Origin: Squalus acanthias | Lineage: Eukaryota | Direction: 5' to 3' | DNA: 64,000 nt | NCBI GenBank assembly: GCA_030390025.1 | Contig: CM059432.1 | Span: 138,758,001 to 138,822,000 of the forward strand | Part shown: piece by piece, positions 36,890 through 48,854 of the stretch | Position numbering within the stretch: the first letter of the stretch is position 1 | Layout of the letters: each line of letters opens with the position of its first letter | Made by a program: the position numbers and the translations under genes | Notes under the pieces: generated by a model | The model's input: only the letters and a program-made list of their open reading frames with translations | What the model was told of the DNA's origin: nothing | The model's database searches: none

Positions 36890-37712
36890 GAACATAGAGT
36901 ACAGAAGGAGGCCATTCGGCCCATCGTGCCTGTGCCGGCTCTTTGAAAGAGTTATCCACTTAGTCTAGACACAAAAGGCATCAAGGGGTATGGGGAGAGC
37001 GCGGGAATATGGTATTGAGATAGAGGATCAGTCATGATCATATTGAATGGCGGAGCAGGCTCGGAGGGCCGAATGGCCTACTCCTGCTCCTATTTTTCTA
37101 TGTTTCCTACTCCCCTACTCTTTCCCCATAGCTCTGCAAATGTTTCCTTTCGGAACAGGTCAATGGTCTCAGCCTCTCCCCCAGAACATGGCTTCAATGC
37201 CGCTCAGAATTTAATGATCATACATGTTCGGCCAAGGTAGGAATTATTTTGTGTCATGGTGCCTTCTATGCATCACATCTTTGCTCATCACTTACCTGCC
37301 GCCCCCCCTGCCCCCACCTTTCCCACCCATTCCCCATTGCACCTGCTTATGATTTGTTTGAAGTTTTTAGGATTTTGAAAGAAATTGATAGGGTAGAGAG
37401 AGAGAAAATGTTTCCTTTTCTAGGACAAGGAGACATAACCTTAAAATCAGAGCCAGGCCATTCAGGAGAAAAGCTAGGAAACACTTCTTTACGCAAAGGG
37501 TGGTAGAAGTCTGGAAAACTCTCCCACAAAAAGCAGCAGATGCCCGCTCAATTAATAATTTTAAATCTGAGATCGCTAGATTTTGCTAGCCAAGAGTATT
37601 AAGGGATATGGAGCCAAGGTGGGTGGATGGAGTTAGGATGCAGGCCATCCATGATCTCATTGAATAGCGGAACAAGCTCGAAGAGCTGAATGGCCTACTC
37701 CTGTTCCTATGT
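36890..37712. mobile_element. Cluster of CR1 3' fragments inside Harbinger D (minus ~36890-37148 containing plus ~36966-37105; plus ~37345-37712)
   Basis: CR1 tails in both orientations. Confidence 0.75.
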
Positions 37713-37846
37713 GGCAGTAGCCGATGTGGTCTGCGATTTGTTCTCTTCTATTTGTCCTTGATGTGCATCTCGTTCAGGGAGCTGCCCAAACTGTTGATGC
37801 CTCACAACTCCCGACAGATGAGGCTCGATAACCTATCTAGAACTTG

Positions 37847-38298
37847 TGTTAGTTGTGGCTTAGTTGGTAGCACTCTCATCTCCGAGACAGACGGTCATGG
37901 ATCCAAGTTCCACTCCAGAGACTTGAGCACATCATCTCGGCTGACACTCCAGTGCAGTACTGAGGGAGCGTTGCGCTGTCGGAGATGCTGACTTTCAGAT
38001 GCGACCTTAAACTGAGTCTGCCCTCTCTAGCTGGACGTAAAAGATCCCACGGCACTATTTCGAAGAAGAGCAAGGGAGTTTTCCCCAGTGTCCCTCAACC
38101 AACATCACTAAAAAAACAGATGATCTGGTCATTATCGCATTTCTGTTTGTGGGAGCTTGCTGTGCACAAATTGGCTGCCGCGTTTCCTACATTACAACAG
38201 TGACTACATTTCAAAAAGTACTTAATTGGCTGTAAAGTGCTTTGAGATGTCCTGAGGTCATGAAAAACACTGTATAAATTCAAGTTCTTTCTTTTTCT
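37847..38298 (+). mobile_element. Deu-domain SINE
   Basis: Head, Deu core and tail all recognisable. Confidence 0.8.
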
Positions 38299-39129
38299 TA
38301 ATTCATTCATCCTTTCTTCTACTTCCAGGTCCCTCTGCAAAATCAGGCCTTTCAAAAGAGGGGTGAACCTCGGCAGCCTGCACTGTCACCCCCTCAGACC
38401 TCAACATGCATCAGCACAGAGATCAGTACCCTGGATGGGAATGATCGTGAGTTAAAGGGGTCTGCACAGGGCGACGTTCACCTCACAAGTGAGCAGGTGC
38501 TGACAGTAGCGGGAAGGACAGCAGGGGACAGAGGTAGCCAGTGGGTCCAAGCATTGCTAAAGAAAGTGGGCAGAAAAAGCCTCAATGCCCCAGCTTTTAG
38601 GAGAAGGTTCTTGGAACTGCATCCACAGATGCACTGGACAACCTGCCATAGAGCTGCCACATCATAGCTGAGAGTATGGAGAACTCCACCTCTAGTATGT
38701 GCGGTGTTCTGGTGCAAGGAATGAGTTCTCCGCAGTCTAGTATGGAACACGATTAACTTAGTTAGACCCAGATCCTGTTGTAAGAACGAAAAATAAGATT
38801 TGCGCTTCTCTTACAAGATAGTTAGCAATATCATCATGGCAAGAAAAATGGTGAGGGAAGATTTAGGAGGTGAAAGTGCGCCAAAGACAAATATCTGCAG
38901 CATTCATTGGGAGATACCTAAAGCAATAGTTGTAGAAAGCCTGAAGCTTTGGTTGCAAGAAGCCTAATGTGTCCATTAAAGAGGGATATACTTCAATTTA
39001 CAGAATCTGAGAGGAGTACCATTAAGGGAGGGGGGAAGAGAACAGAGAAGGTACTCGATGTAGTGCTATAATTATACAGAATTACATACGCCCTTGAAGA
39101 AAGCTGCACACGATCAAGTGATCTCTGTG

Positions 39130-39745
39130 GCGTGAATTTCACCTCGCCCGACATTAATTTGATTCTGGCGCCAAGTCAAGCGAATCTCCAGCGTCCAGAA
39201 ACAGTGATGTCATCAAGCTGGCTAAGCAGCCAATCACATTGAAGAATTCTCACAGACAGCAAACCAGGAAGTAAAATGCACTGATTTTCCTTCATGCAAT
39301 TAATAATTTTACAGAGAGCGAAATAAAGATTGGGACATAGACATGGAATTAAGTTGGAAGCTGAAATATCATAAACAAACTTTGAATTTTTTTTAATTAA
39401 AAACCATGGATTTTTAATCATAATGGAAAAACTTGATATTCCACAAATACAAAATTAGTTTTCAGGGCCAGAATGGTTGTTCAGCAGTCAGTACGCCATT
39501 AAAAACCCAATTACACCTCTTTCAACGAGGCTTAACTTTTTCCGGGGGCTTTAACAGCGATATTCCAACGTAAATGGAGAAGTTTCCACCAGTTCCGTGT
39601 GATTTGAATTGATTGCCGGCTCCAGGGAGTTCCACAGCGCAACCTGTGGCGAAGCAGGGAATGACTGACGGCAACTTCTGGATTTCCGCATTTATTTGCG
39701 CATATGCGGACTCTAGATGTTGCTGTCAGTTTCAGAGGAGTAAGG
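39130..39745. mobile_element. Probable non-autonomous DNA transposon fragment with hairpin
   Basis: GC-rich arms, AT-rich core, inverted repeat at 39664-39730; truncated by a CR1. Confidence 0.4.
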
Positions 39746-40713
39746 ACTATCTATATCCCTTTGCAGACTCTTTGTGCTCTCCTCACAGCTTACTGTCCCA
39801 CCTAGCTTTGTATCATCAGCAAACTTGGATACATTACACTCGGTCCCTTCATCTAGGTCATTAATATAGATTGTAAATAGCTGAGGCCCCAGCACTGATC
39901 CTTGCGGCACCCCACTAGTTACAGCCTGCCAACCTGAAAAAGACCCATTTATCCCTACTCTGTTTTCTGTCCGTTAACCAATCCACTATCCATGCTACTA
40001 TATTACCCCCAACTCCATGAGCCCTAATCTTGTGTAATAACCTTTTATGTGGCACTTTATCGAATGCCTTTTGGAAATCCAAATATACTACATCCACCGG
40101 TTCCCCTTTATCTACCCTGCTAGTTACATCCTCAAAAAACTCTAATAAATTTGTCAAACATGATTTCCCTTTCATAAAACCATGTTGACGCTGCCTAATC
40201 ATGTTATGATTTTCTAAGTGCCCTGATACCACATCCTTAACAATGGATTCCAGCATTTTCCCGACGACTGATAACTTGTCTGTTTTCTCTCTCCCTCCTT
40301 TCTTGTTTAGCGGTGTAACATTTGCTACCTTCCAATCTACTGGGACAATTCTAGAATCTAGGGAATTTTGGAAGATCAAAACCAATGCATCCACTTTCTC
40401 TTCAGCCACCTCTTTTAGAACCCGAGGATGTAGGCCGTCAGGTCCAGGGGATTTGTCGGCTTTTAGTCCCATTAGTTTCTCTAGTACTTTTTCTCTACTT
40501 ATATTAATTACATTAAGTTCCTCACCCTCATTAGACCCTTGGTTCCCCACCATTTTTGGTACGCTTTTTGTGTCTTCTACTGTGAAGACAGATATAAAAT
40601 ATTTGTTTAATATTTCTGCCATTTCCTTATTCCCCATCATCATTTCTCCTGTCTCAGCCTCTAAGAGACCAAACGTTTACTTTTGCTACTCTCTTCCTTT
40701 TTACATACTTTCA
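39746..40713 (-). mobile_element. CR1 LINE internal RT fragment
   Basis: ORFs 39915-40643 and 39713-39910 carry [24 protein letters not shown] and KFADD. Confidence 0.9.
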
Positions 40714-42735
40714 TAAAACCAAAGCGCAGGAGATCCAGCAACTAGCCGACAACCACAATGTGCGTGGATTCTTTAGCGCAGTCAAGACCGCCTACGGCCC
40801 AAGCACCCAAGGCCCTACCCCACTGCGGGCCAAGAACGGAGAGGTACTCATCAAGGACAGGGAGGCAGTCAGTGCCCGCTGGAAGGAGCACTTCGAAGAT
40901 CTCCTTAACCGAGACTCTGTCTTCGACGTGAGTGTCCTCAACTCCACCCAGCAGCATGCTACCCGCCACCATCTCAGCACAACCCCAGCCCGGCATGAGA
41001 TTGAAAAGGCCATCCGACAACTGAAGAACAACAAGGCCTCAGGAGCAGATGGAATCCCTGCCGAGGCGCTAAAGCATGGCGGAGAAGCACTACTGGCACG
41101 AATTCATGAACTCATTTCTCTTACCTGGAAGAAGGAGAGCATGCCAGGGGATCTCGGAGACGCCGTAATTGTGACCATCTTCAAGAAAGGTGACAAGTCC
41201 GATTGCGGTAATTACAGAGGAGTTTCCCTGCTGTCTGCCACAGGGAAAGTCATTGCAAGAATCCTCCTCAATCGCCTTCTCCCAGTGGCTGAAGAGCTCC
41301 TCCCAGAGTCGCAATGCGCATTCCGCCCACGAAGGGGCACAATGGACATGATCTTCACCGGGCGCCAATTACAAGAGAAATGCAGGGAATAGCGCCAACC
41401 GCTGTACATGGCCTTCTTTGACCTCACAAAGGCCTTTGACACTGTCAACCGTGAGGGATGTTGGAGTGTCCTCCTCAAATTCGGCTGCCCTCAAAAGTTT
41501 GTCACCATCCTCTGCCTGCTTCACGACGACATGCAAGCCGTGATCCTGACCAACGGTTCCACCACAGACCCAATTCATGTACGGACCCGGGTCAAGCAAG
41601 GCTGTGTCATCGCACCAACGCTCTTCTCGATCTTCCTTGCGGCAATGCTCCATCTCACCCTCAGTAAGCTCCCCGCTGGAGTGGAGCTAATTTACAGAAC
41701 AAACGGGAAACTGTTCAACCTCCGTCGCCTCCAGTCCAGATCCAAGGTCGTCCCTTCCTCTGTCGTCGAATTACAGTATGCAGACGACGTTTGCGTCTGC
41801 GAACACTCGGAGGTCGAACTCCAAACCATCGTTAACACCTTCACCGAAGCATGGGTCTTACACTAAACATCCGTAAGACAAAGGTCCTCTACCAACCTGC
41901 CCCCGCCACACAGTACTGCCCTCCGATTATCAAATTCCATGACAAGGCCTTGGACAACGTGGACCACTTTCCATACCTCGGGAGCCTACTGTCAACAAGG
42001 GCTGACGTCGATGACGAAGTCCAACACCGCCTTCAGTGTGCCAGTGCAGCCTTCGGTCGCCTGAGGAAGAGTGTGTTTGAAGACCAGGACCTCAAACCCG
42101 GCACCAAGCTCATGGTCTACAGAGCAGTAGTAATACCTGCCCTCCTGTATGCCTCAGAGACATGGACCATGTACAGCAGGCACCTCAAAGCACTGGAGAG
42201 GTACCACCAACGCTGCCTCCACAAGATCCTGCAAATTCATTGGCAGGATAGGCGCACCAACGTCAGTGTTCTCGCTCAGGCCAACATCCCCAGCATCGAA
42301 GCTTTGACCACGCTCGATCAGCTCCGTTGGACGGGTCACATCATCCGCATGCCCAATACGAGACTCCCAAAACAAGCGCTCTACTCGGAGCTCCGACACG
42401 GCAAGAGAGCCCCAGGTGGGCAGAGGAAACGCTTCAAGGACACCCTCAAAGCCTCCTTGAAAAAGTGCAACATCCCCACCGACACCTGGGAATCCCTGGC
42501 CCAAGACCGCACAAAGCGGAGGAGAAGCATCCGGGAAGGCGCCGAATACCTCAAGTCTCTTCGCCGGGAGCAAGCGGAAGCCAAGCGCAAACAGCGGAAG
42601 GAGCGCACGTCAACCCAAGCACCCCACCCAGCCGCCCCTTCAACCACCGTCTGCCCCACCTGTGACAGAGACTGTAGGTCCCGCATTGGACTCATCAATC
42701 ACCTGAGAACTAATTTTTAACGTGGAAGCAAGTCA
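40714..42735 (+). mobile_element. RTE-clade (BovB-like) LINE, 5'-truncated
   Basis: KASGADGIPAE, NYRGVSLL, ESQCAFR, FFDLTKAFD, VKQGCVIAPTLF, LQYADD, FPYLGS, LLYASETW and a C-terminal CPTCDRDCRSRIGLINH zinc-finger-like motif. One stop (41390-41392) and one frameshift (~41851). Confidence 0.93.
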
Positions 42736-42754
42736 ACTTCTTTAGTTAGCTGGG

Positions 42755-43877
42755 AGACGGAGAGAGGGGGACCTCTCACAATCCTGGTGATAGAATTACA
42801 TTTCATTACAGCCACATGGCATACAGTAGTCACTCATGGTGACTGATGTCAGCAGCCAGTGAATGTTCATTATGTGCATAATGATATTGTTATCCATTCT
42901 TAATATAACATTTCTAAATCATCTCTTTACTCTCCCACAGGTCCATCAAGAGCGCCCCCACCCCCCACTGTCCAGCTGAAGGAGGAAGACGACTCCTCAG
43001 AGGAGCCTCCAGTCTCTGAGGGTGCAGCGTCAGCAGACCCAAGCGCACCCAGCACCAGCGCAGATACGTACACCTCAGTGGGTCCTATACGAGATAGAGT
43101 AGTGTTGTCACAAGTAAGTAGGAGCAGATGGTGGAGACAGGGACAGCAGTGGAGACTCCTCGCCAGAGAGCGCAGGACACTCCCAGCTCTGCTCAGCTGC
43201 ATGCAGACGCTGAACCTCGGGGGCCATCCAGAAAGAGGGTGATCCTGGATGTGCAGGAAGGAGTGCAGGAGGCTATGACAGGTTTTGCGGTCGCGATGTC
43301 TGCAAATGTGCAGAGAATGGAGGAGTCCATCTCCAACATGAGCACCATGTCGCAGGCGATGGAGACAGTAAGCTCTTTCATGGAAAGGATGGCCACCTGC
43401 ATGGAGCAGCTAATGCGCTATTCACATGAGCACATGCTAGCTATGGACAACAGATAGCAGAGGCTCATAGACTTCCTCTCTAGGAGGGATGTAAAGATAG
43501 ACTTGGGTGCTCATGGCCCCACTGCTGTGCAACAATGTGCTCTCCAGCTCCTTGCTAGCAGGGAAGTGTGGGTGGCCCATGAGAGGGATGATGGTGAGAG
43601 GGGAGAGGGAAGTGTGGGCTCCTCTCAAAGCGCTCACACCTCTCCCCTGTTGCCTCCCCCTCAGTCAGAGCCCCAGATGCCTCCTCGCATCGCGATGGCT
43701 GAGTCTGCCCCTGCACAGTCTCAGGAGGAGCAGACTTTGGCGGGGCCATCACAGGCTCCAAAACCCAGAGGACGTCCGCCAAAAGTGTCTACACAGTCGC
43801 AGCAGGGAAGTGAGCAGGCTGCCTCTGCATCTGCTGAAGCCACAGGGGTTGCACCTTGTAGAAGCACGTGTAAATGA
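42755..43877 (+). pseudogene. Harbinger Myb gene remnant (end of exon 2, intron 42787-42940, exon 3 from 42941)
   Basis: Homologous to copy A (MVETGTAVETP, RMEESISN, GSSQSAHT, SQAPKPRGRPPKVS). The acceptor CTTTACTCTCCCACAG is identical to 1409-1424. Confidence 0.85.
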
Positions 43878-44190
43878 AAAATGACACAGAAGTAGATGCA
43901 CAAGGGTAAGCACATGGGTGTTTTAAAGAAGTGTTACTGTTAAGGTTCCGTTACTGTTAAGATATATATATATTAAACTATTTATTTTCACCACTTCCCG
44001 TTCATGCCTATTTTTGTCTGCTACTTTGGAAGTGGCTTTGTGAGTTGGAGTGAATGGTGAGACATAACATTACCTCCAGCAATGGGGGTCAATGTGAAAG
44101 GAATGGCTTGGTCATTGTAGGATGCTTTATGCTGTTGTTGGGGGGAACCTGGCATAGCATGTGGCAGCCATATGGGTGTAATGCAGGAAG

Positions 44191-45404
44191 TTAAGTAAAT
44201 CTGGCTATGATGAAGCCATCCCTGGCCTCCCAGGCAGCAATGTGCTCCGGTACTGCTGGCATCTGGACCGCAGGCTCCTCCTGCTCCTCCTCCTCGTCTT
44301 CCAGCTGATGCTCTTCCTCCTCCTCCTCTGAAGAGGGTGTGCGCTCTGTGCCTTGCTCCTCATGCAGTAATCCTCGTTGCTGTGCTATGTTGTGCAGCGC
44401 GCAGCAGATGACAATGATTCTGGAGACCCTGGCTGGTGTGTACTGAAGGGCTCCTCCAGATCTGTCAAGGCATCTGAAGCGCATTTCAGCATGCCGATTG
44501 TTTGCTCTATGACACATCTGACGGACATGTGGCTTTCATTATAGCACTCCTGAGCCTCATTGCTTGGCCTCCTCAAGGGTGTCATGAGTGGATAGCCCTC
44601 GTCCCAAGCAGCCAGCCGGTAAGTGTGTTTGGCAGTGTGAAGAGATGAGGGAGGGTGGATTGGTGCAGGGCGAAAGAGTCATGACAGCTGCCAGGGAATT
44701 TGGCGCACGCATGCATGACGATCTTCCTATGGGTACAGATGAGGGAGTGGAAGCCCTTGCGGTTCACAAATACTCCTGGGTGATGTGGGGGTGCCCTGAT
44801 GGCCACATGTGTGCAGTCGATGACACCCAGCACCAGTGGGAAGCCAGCCAGCCAGAGCGGCAAAGCCAAGTGCCCGCTCAGTAATACTGGCTTCATCAGT
44901 GGCAAAGTTCACATAATTGGCTGACTTGTCAAACAGGGCATCGGTGATCTGTGTGATGCATCTGTGGGCGGCCGACTGCAAGATGCTGCAAATGTCTGCT
45001 GCAGTTCCCTGGAATGAGCTCGAGGCGAAGAAGTTGAGGACGATGGTGACTTTGACAGCCACTGGCAAGGCATGTCCACAAGTTTCTCTGGGCTGCAGCT
45101 CTTGCTCCAGCAAGCTGCAAATGTCTGTGATGACCTGGCGCGATAGCCTGAGCCTCCTTTGGCACGGCTGCTCAGTCATGTTGAGGAAGCTCATCCTCTG
45201 CCTGTATACCCTGTGTTGGGGGGTACCGCCTCCTGCGCGGTGCAGCCCTGTGCTGATGCCCTCTGTCCGGCGTTGCATCAGGTCATTGAGGAGAAGCTTG
45301 TTTGTGTGTTGCTGCTGCTGCTTGTGTGCCTGCTGCTGCTGGTGTTGGGGCTCATCGAGGTCCGATTCTGAGGACCAAGGTGAGACAGTATAAATGGCCC
45401 CCAT
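44191..45404 (-). pseudogene. Harbinger DDE transposase (HARBI1-like), frameshifted
   Basis: [66 protein letters not shown](D)EGYP, YNESH...RCVIEQTIGMLK-RFRCLD, CCALHNIA, acidic tail. Confidence 0.93.
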
Positions 45405-46299
45405 GCTGATATAATAGATGGCAGGTCAGTAGAGGAGCAATCTGTCAATGTTGTGATAGTAGTAGTGAGAGGGGCTTCCGAGGTTGCAGAAAAGACTTGC
45501 AAACTGTAGACACCTAAATCTGTGCTCAAAGTGAGTCAGCAAGAGCCTTTCCCTTCGGCAAGTAATGAGGTGTCATGTGGGAGTATTTGTGAGGATTTCC
45601 ATGCTCTGCATTAATGACCTCGATCAATGGCCACTGAGCTTCCGCCTCAGGTTGACAGACGTGGTTCCCGAGCTGCGTGAATCCCGTGGTCATCCAGTGA
45701 AATTCAAAAGGGCTGCTTAAAATCTTAGTTAAGGGTCTCACAACAAGGTTTTAATGAGCTTAATTAGGTCTCCCTCCTCTGCCGTTCGGGTCGGTGGCAC
45801 GCTGGCAAACGCATCTGAGTTAAAGGAGGCGGGATGATGGCGCGTTCCCGACGCGCTCCCATTTTCTGCGACTTTTACTACCGACCCGCCTCCAAACCCG
45901 CGTGCACGGCAGCGGGAAAATTCCAGCCAATATACTTAACATTAATGTAGTACAGGAAAAAGGGGAAAAGGTATAAGGTGGCTGCGTCTACTGGAAGGCA
46001 CTGTGGTCAGCTGCAGGCTCTTCGATGTGGCAATCGGATCATTAACTGCCGAAACTCATTGGTAGCACTTTGCGAAGCTGCCCCGGCAACAGAGTGACAC
46101 TGCCGGTGTGGGACTAGATGGGAGTTTTTAGCATGCAGCTATGTCCAGGCTCACCACTCACCACTAGTAGATCACATCACACGCTGTCAGGATCAGCCAG
46201 CCCACACTCCTGTTAAAGCTGTGACAGCGCCTTATCCTTATCAGCCATGGCTCAGTTTGACACACACGAGAGTACTACCGTGAGCAGGTTACTGGTGAT

Positions 46300-46460
46300 T
46301 ACATGTCGCTTGACAGCACGATTGATGACTGCTCCCATCACTTTACTGATGATTGGACGGAAGCTGATAGGGCGACAATTGGCCGATGAAGATTTACCCT
46401 GTTTTTTGTGGATAGGACATACCTGGACAATCTTCCAAATTGTTGGGTAGATGGCAATGT
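46300..46460 (-). mobile_element. Family-B CR1-group LINE fragment
   Basis: Reverse match to 59780-59925 (YPTIWKIVQVCPIHKKQGKS...PISF.PIISKVMGAVI). Confidence 0.7.
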
Positions 46461-46461
46461 C

Positions 46462-48342
46462 ATAAGGGACTAAAAGCCGACAAATCCCCTGGACCTGATG
46501 GCCTACATGCTAGGGTTCTAAAAGAGGTGGTTACAGAGATAGTGGATGCATTGGTTGTGATCTTCCAAAATTCCCTAGATTCTAGAACGGTCTCAGCGGA
46601 TTGGAAGGTAGCAAATGTAACCTCGCTATTCAAGAAAGGAGGGAGAGAGAAAACAGGCAACTACAGGCCAGTTAGCCTGACATCAGTTGCCGGGAAAATG
46701 CTGGAACCCATTATTAAGGAAGTGGTAAGAGGGCATTTAGAAAATCATAATATGATTAGGCAGAGTCAACATGGTTTTATGAAAGGAAAAGAGTGTTTAA
46801 CAAATTTATTGGGAGTTTTTGAGGATGTAAGTAGCAGGGTAGATAAAGGGGAACCAGTGAATGTCGTATATTTGGATTTTCCAAAGGCATTTGATAAGGT
46901 GCCACATAGAAGGTTGCTACGAAAGATAAGGGCTATTGGGGTTAGGGGTAATATATTAGCATGGATAGAGGATTAGTTAAGAGACAGAAAACAGAGCGTA
47001 GGAATAAATGGATCAGTTTCATGTTGACAAGTTGTAACTAGTGGGGTGCCACAAGGATCAGTGCTGGGGCCTCAGCTATTTACAATTTATATTGATGACT
47101 TAGATGAAGGGACCGAGTGTAATGTATCCAAGTTTGCTGACGATACAAAGCTAGGTGGAAAATTAAGCTGTGAGGAGGACACAAAGAGCTTGCAAAGGGA
47201 TATAGACAGGTTAAGTGAGTGGGAAATAAGGTGGCAGATGGAGTATAATGTGGTGAAATGCGAGGTTATTCACTTTGGTAGGAAGAATAGAAAAATAGAA
47301 TATTTTTTAAATGATGAGAAACCATTAAATGTTGGTGTTCAGAGAGATTTAAGTGTCCTCATACATGCAGGTACAGCAAGCAATTCAGAAGGCAAATGGC
47401 ATGTTGGCCTTTATTGCAAAGGGGTCGGAGTATAAGAGTAAGGAAGTCTTGCTACAATTGTACAGGGCTTTGGTGAGACCACACCTGGAGTACTGTGCAA
47501 GGTTTTGGTCTCCTTATCTACGGAAGGATATACTTGCCTTAGAGGTGGTGCAACGAAGGTTCACGAGATTGATCCCTGCGATCAGAGGGCTGTCCTATGA
47601 GGAGAGATTGTGTAGATTGGGCCTATACTCTCTGGAGTTTAGAAGAATGAGAGGTGATCTCATTGAAACATATAAAATTCTGAGGGGGATTGACAGGATA
47701 GATGCTGAGAGGTTGTTTCCACTGGCTAGAGAGTAGAGAGTCTAGAACTAGGGGGCATAGTCTCAGGATAAGGGGTCGGCCATTTAAGACTGAGGTGAGG
47801 AGGAATTTCTTCACTCAGAGGGTTGTGAATCTTTGGAATTCTCTACTCCACAGGGCTGTGGATGCTGAATCATTGAGTATTTCAAGGCTGACATAGATTT
47901 TTGGACTCTAGGGGAAATCAAGGGATATGGATATTGGGCAGGAAAGTGGAGTTGAGGTAAAAGATCAGCCATCATCTTATTGAATGGCAGAGCAGGCTCG
48001 AGGGGCTGTATTTTTTTTATTCGTTCATGGGATGTGGGCGTCGCTGGCAAGGCCAGCATTTATTGCCCATCCCTAGTTGCCTACGAGAAGGTGGTGGTGA
48101 GCCACCTTCTTGAACGCTGCAGTCCGTGTGGCGAAAGTACTCCCACAGTGCTGTTAGATAGGGAGTCCCAGGATTTTGACCCAGCGACGATGAAGGAACA
48201 GCGATATACTTCCATGTCAGGATGGTTTGTGACTTGGAGGGAACTTGGAATTGGTGGTGTTTCCATGCGCCTGCTGCCCTTGTCCTTCTAGGTGCTAAAA
48301 GTCGTGGGTATGGCCTACTCCTGCTATTAATTCTTATGTTCT
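46462..48342 (+). mobile_element. CR1 LINE, 5'-truncated, with a family-B 3' end inserted antisense in its tail (~48010-48312)
   Basis: RT ORFs 46440-46976, 47046-47435 and 47353-47736. The tail is split as GAGGGGCTG-[insert]-TGGCCTACTCCTGCT. Confidence 0.9.
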
Positions 48343-48854
48343 TAGGGCCCCACTATAATACCTTGGCTAATGGAACAGCTAGTCCTGGTGCGCTGCCATC
48401 TCCTCTGACCTCGAAGGGAACACACACATGTCCTCTATTATTATAACTGTTTTCAGGTTTTCTTTCTCATGCTAAACACATCTTTTCCATTCAGTAATTC
48501 TTAACTCGCAATAAAGCCCAAGTGTAACCAAGAGTTAAGTATTGTTCCTACATCTGTGGAAGCTCTTGTAACACTTCTCTTGCCCTCTCAACAGGTTACA
48601 CAAAAAGTCTCATCTGATAGTTAAACCCTCCTTCACCTATAGCTTACAACATCGCTCGATTTCAAGATTCCTTGTCTCCATTTTATTGATGTTTTACTAT
48701 CAGTGGTCTTCTGAACTGGTCTTGTTCCTTCTGAGCTCCAAAAAACGAGGATCCTCCTCCTTCCTAATTCCTACTGCATCCTGCTCTTGACTTACGATTT
48801 GCCAGAAGCCTAAAATGATAGAAAGCCTTACCTTCTTTTTACAACCTTCAGATA

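Larger units (their letters stand above)
36560..38750 (+). mobile_element. Old fragmented Harbinger relic (copy D) with Myb exon remnants
   Basis: From ATG 36736: RPHFSQAALEVLVQGVRTRK...LAWK, then a CR1 insert, then EQVNGLSLSPRTWLQCRSEFNDHTCSAK|GT (donor 37237). Exon-3-like acceptor TTCCAG|GT at 38328 with CACAAGTGAGCA downstream. Ends not resolved. Confidence 0.65.
42750..45929. mobile_element. PIF/Harbinger transposon, decayed autonomous type, left end missing; copy C
   Basis: Convergent Myb (+) and transposase (-) genes; right end GGGAAAATTCCAGCC; subterminal GACCCGCCTCC (45883) shared with copy A (3451). Confidence 0.88.

Noticed and set aside
44191..45404. Host HARBI1 gene
   Set aside because: Multiple frameshifts and linkage to a Myb gene and TIR show it is a transposon copy, so no gene symbol was assigned.
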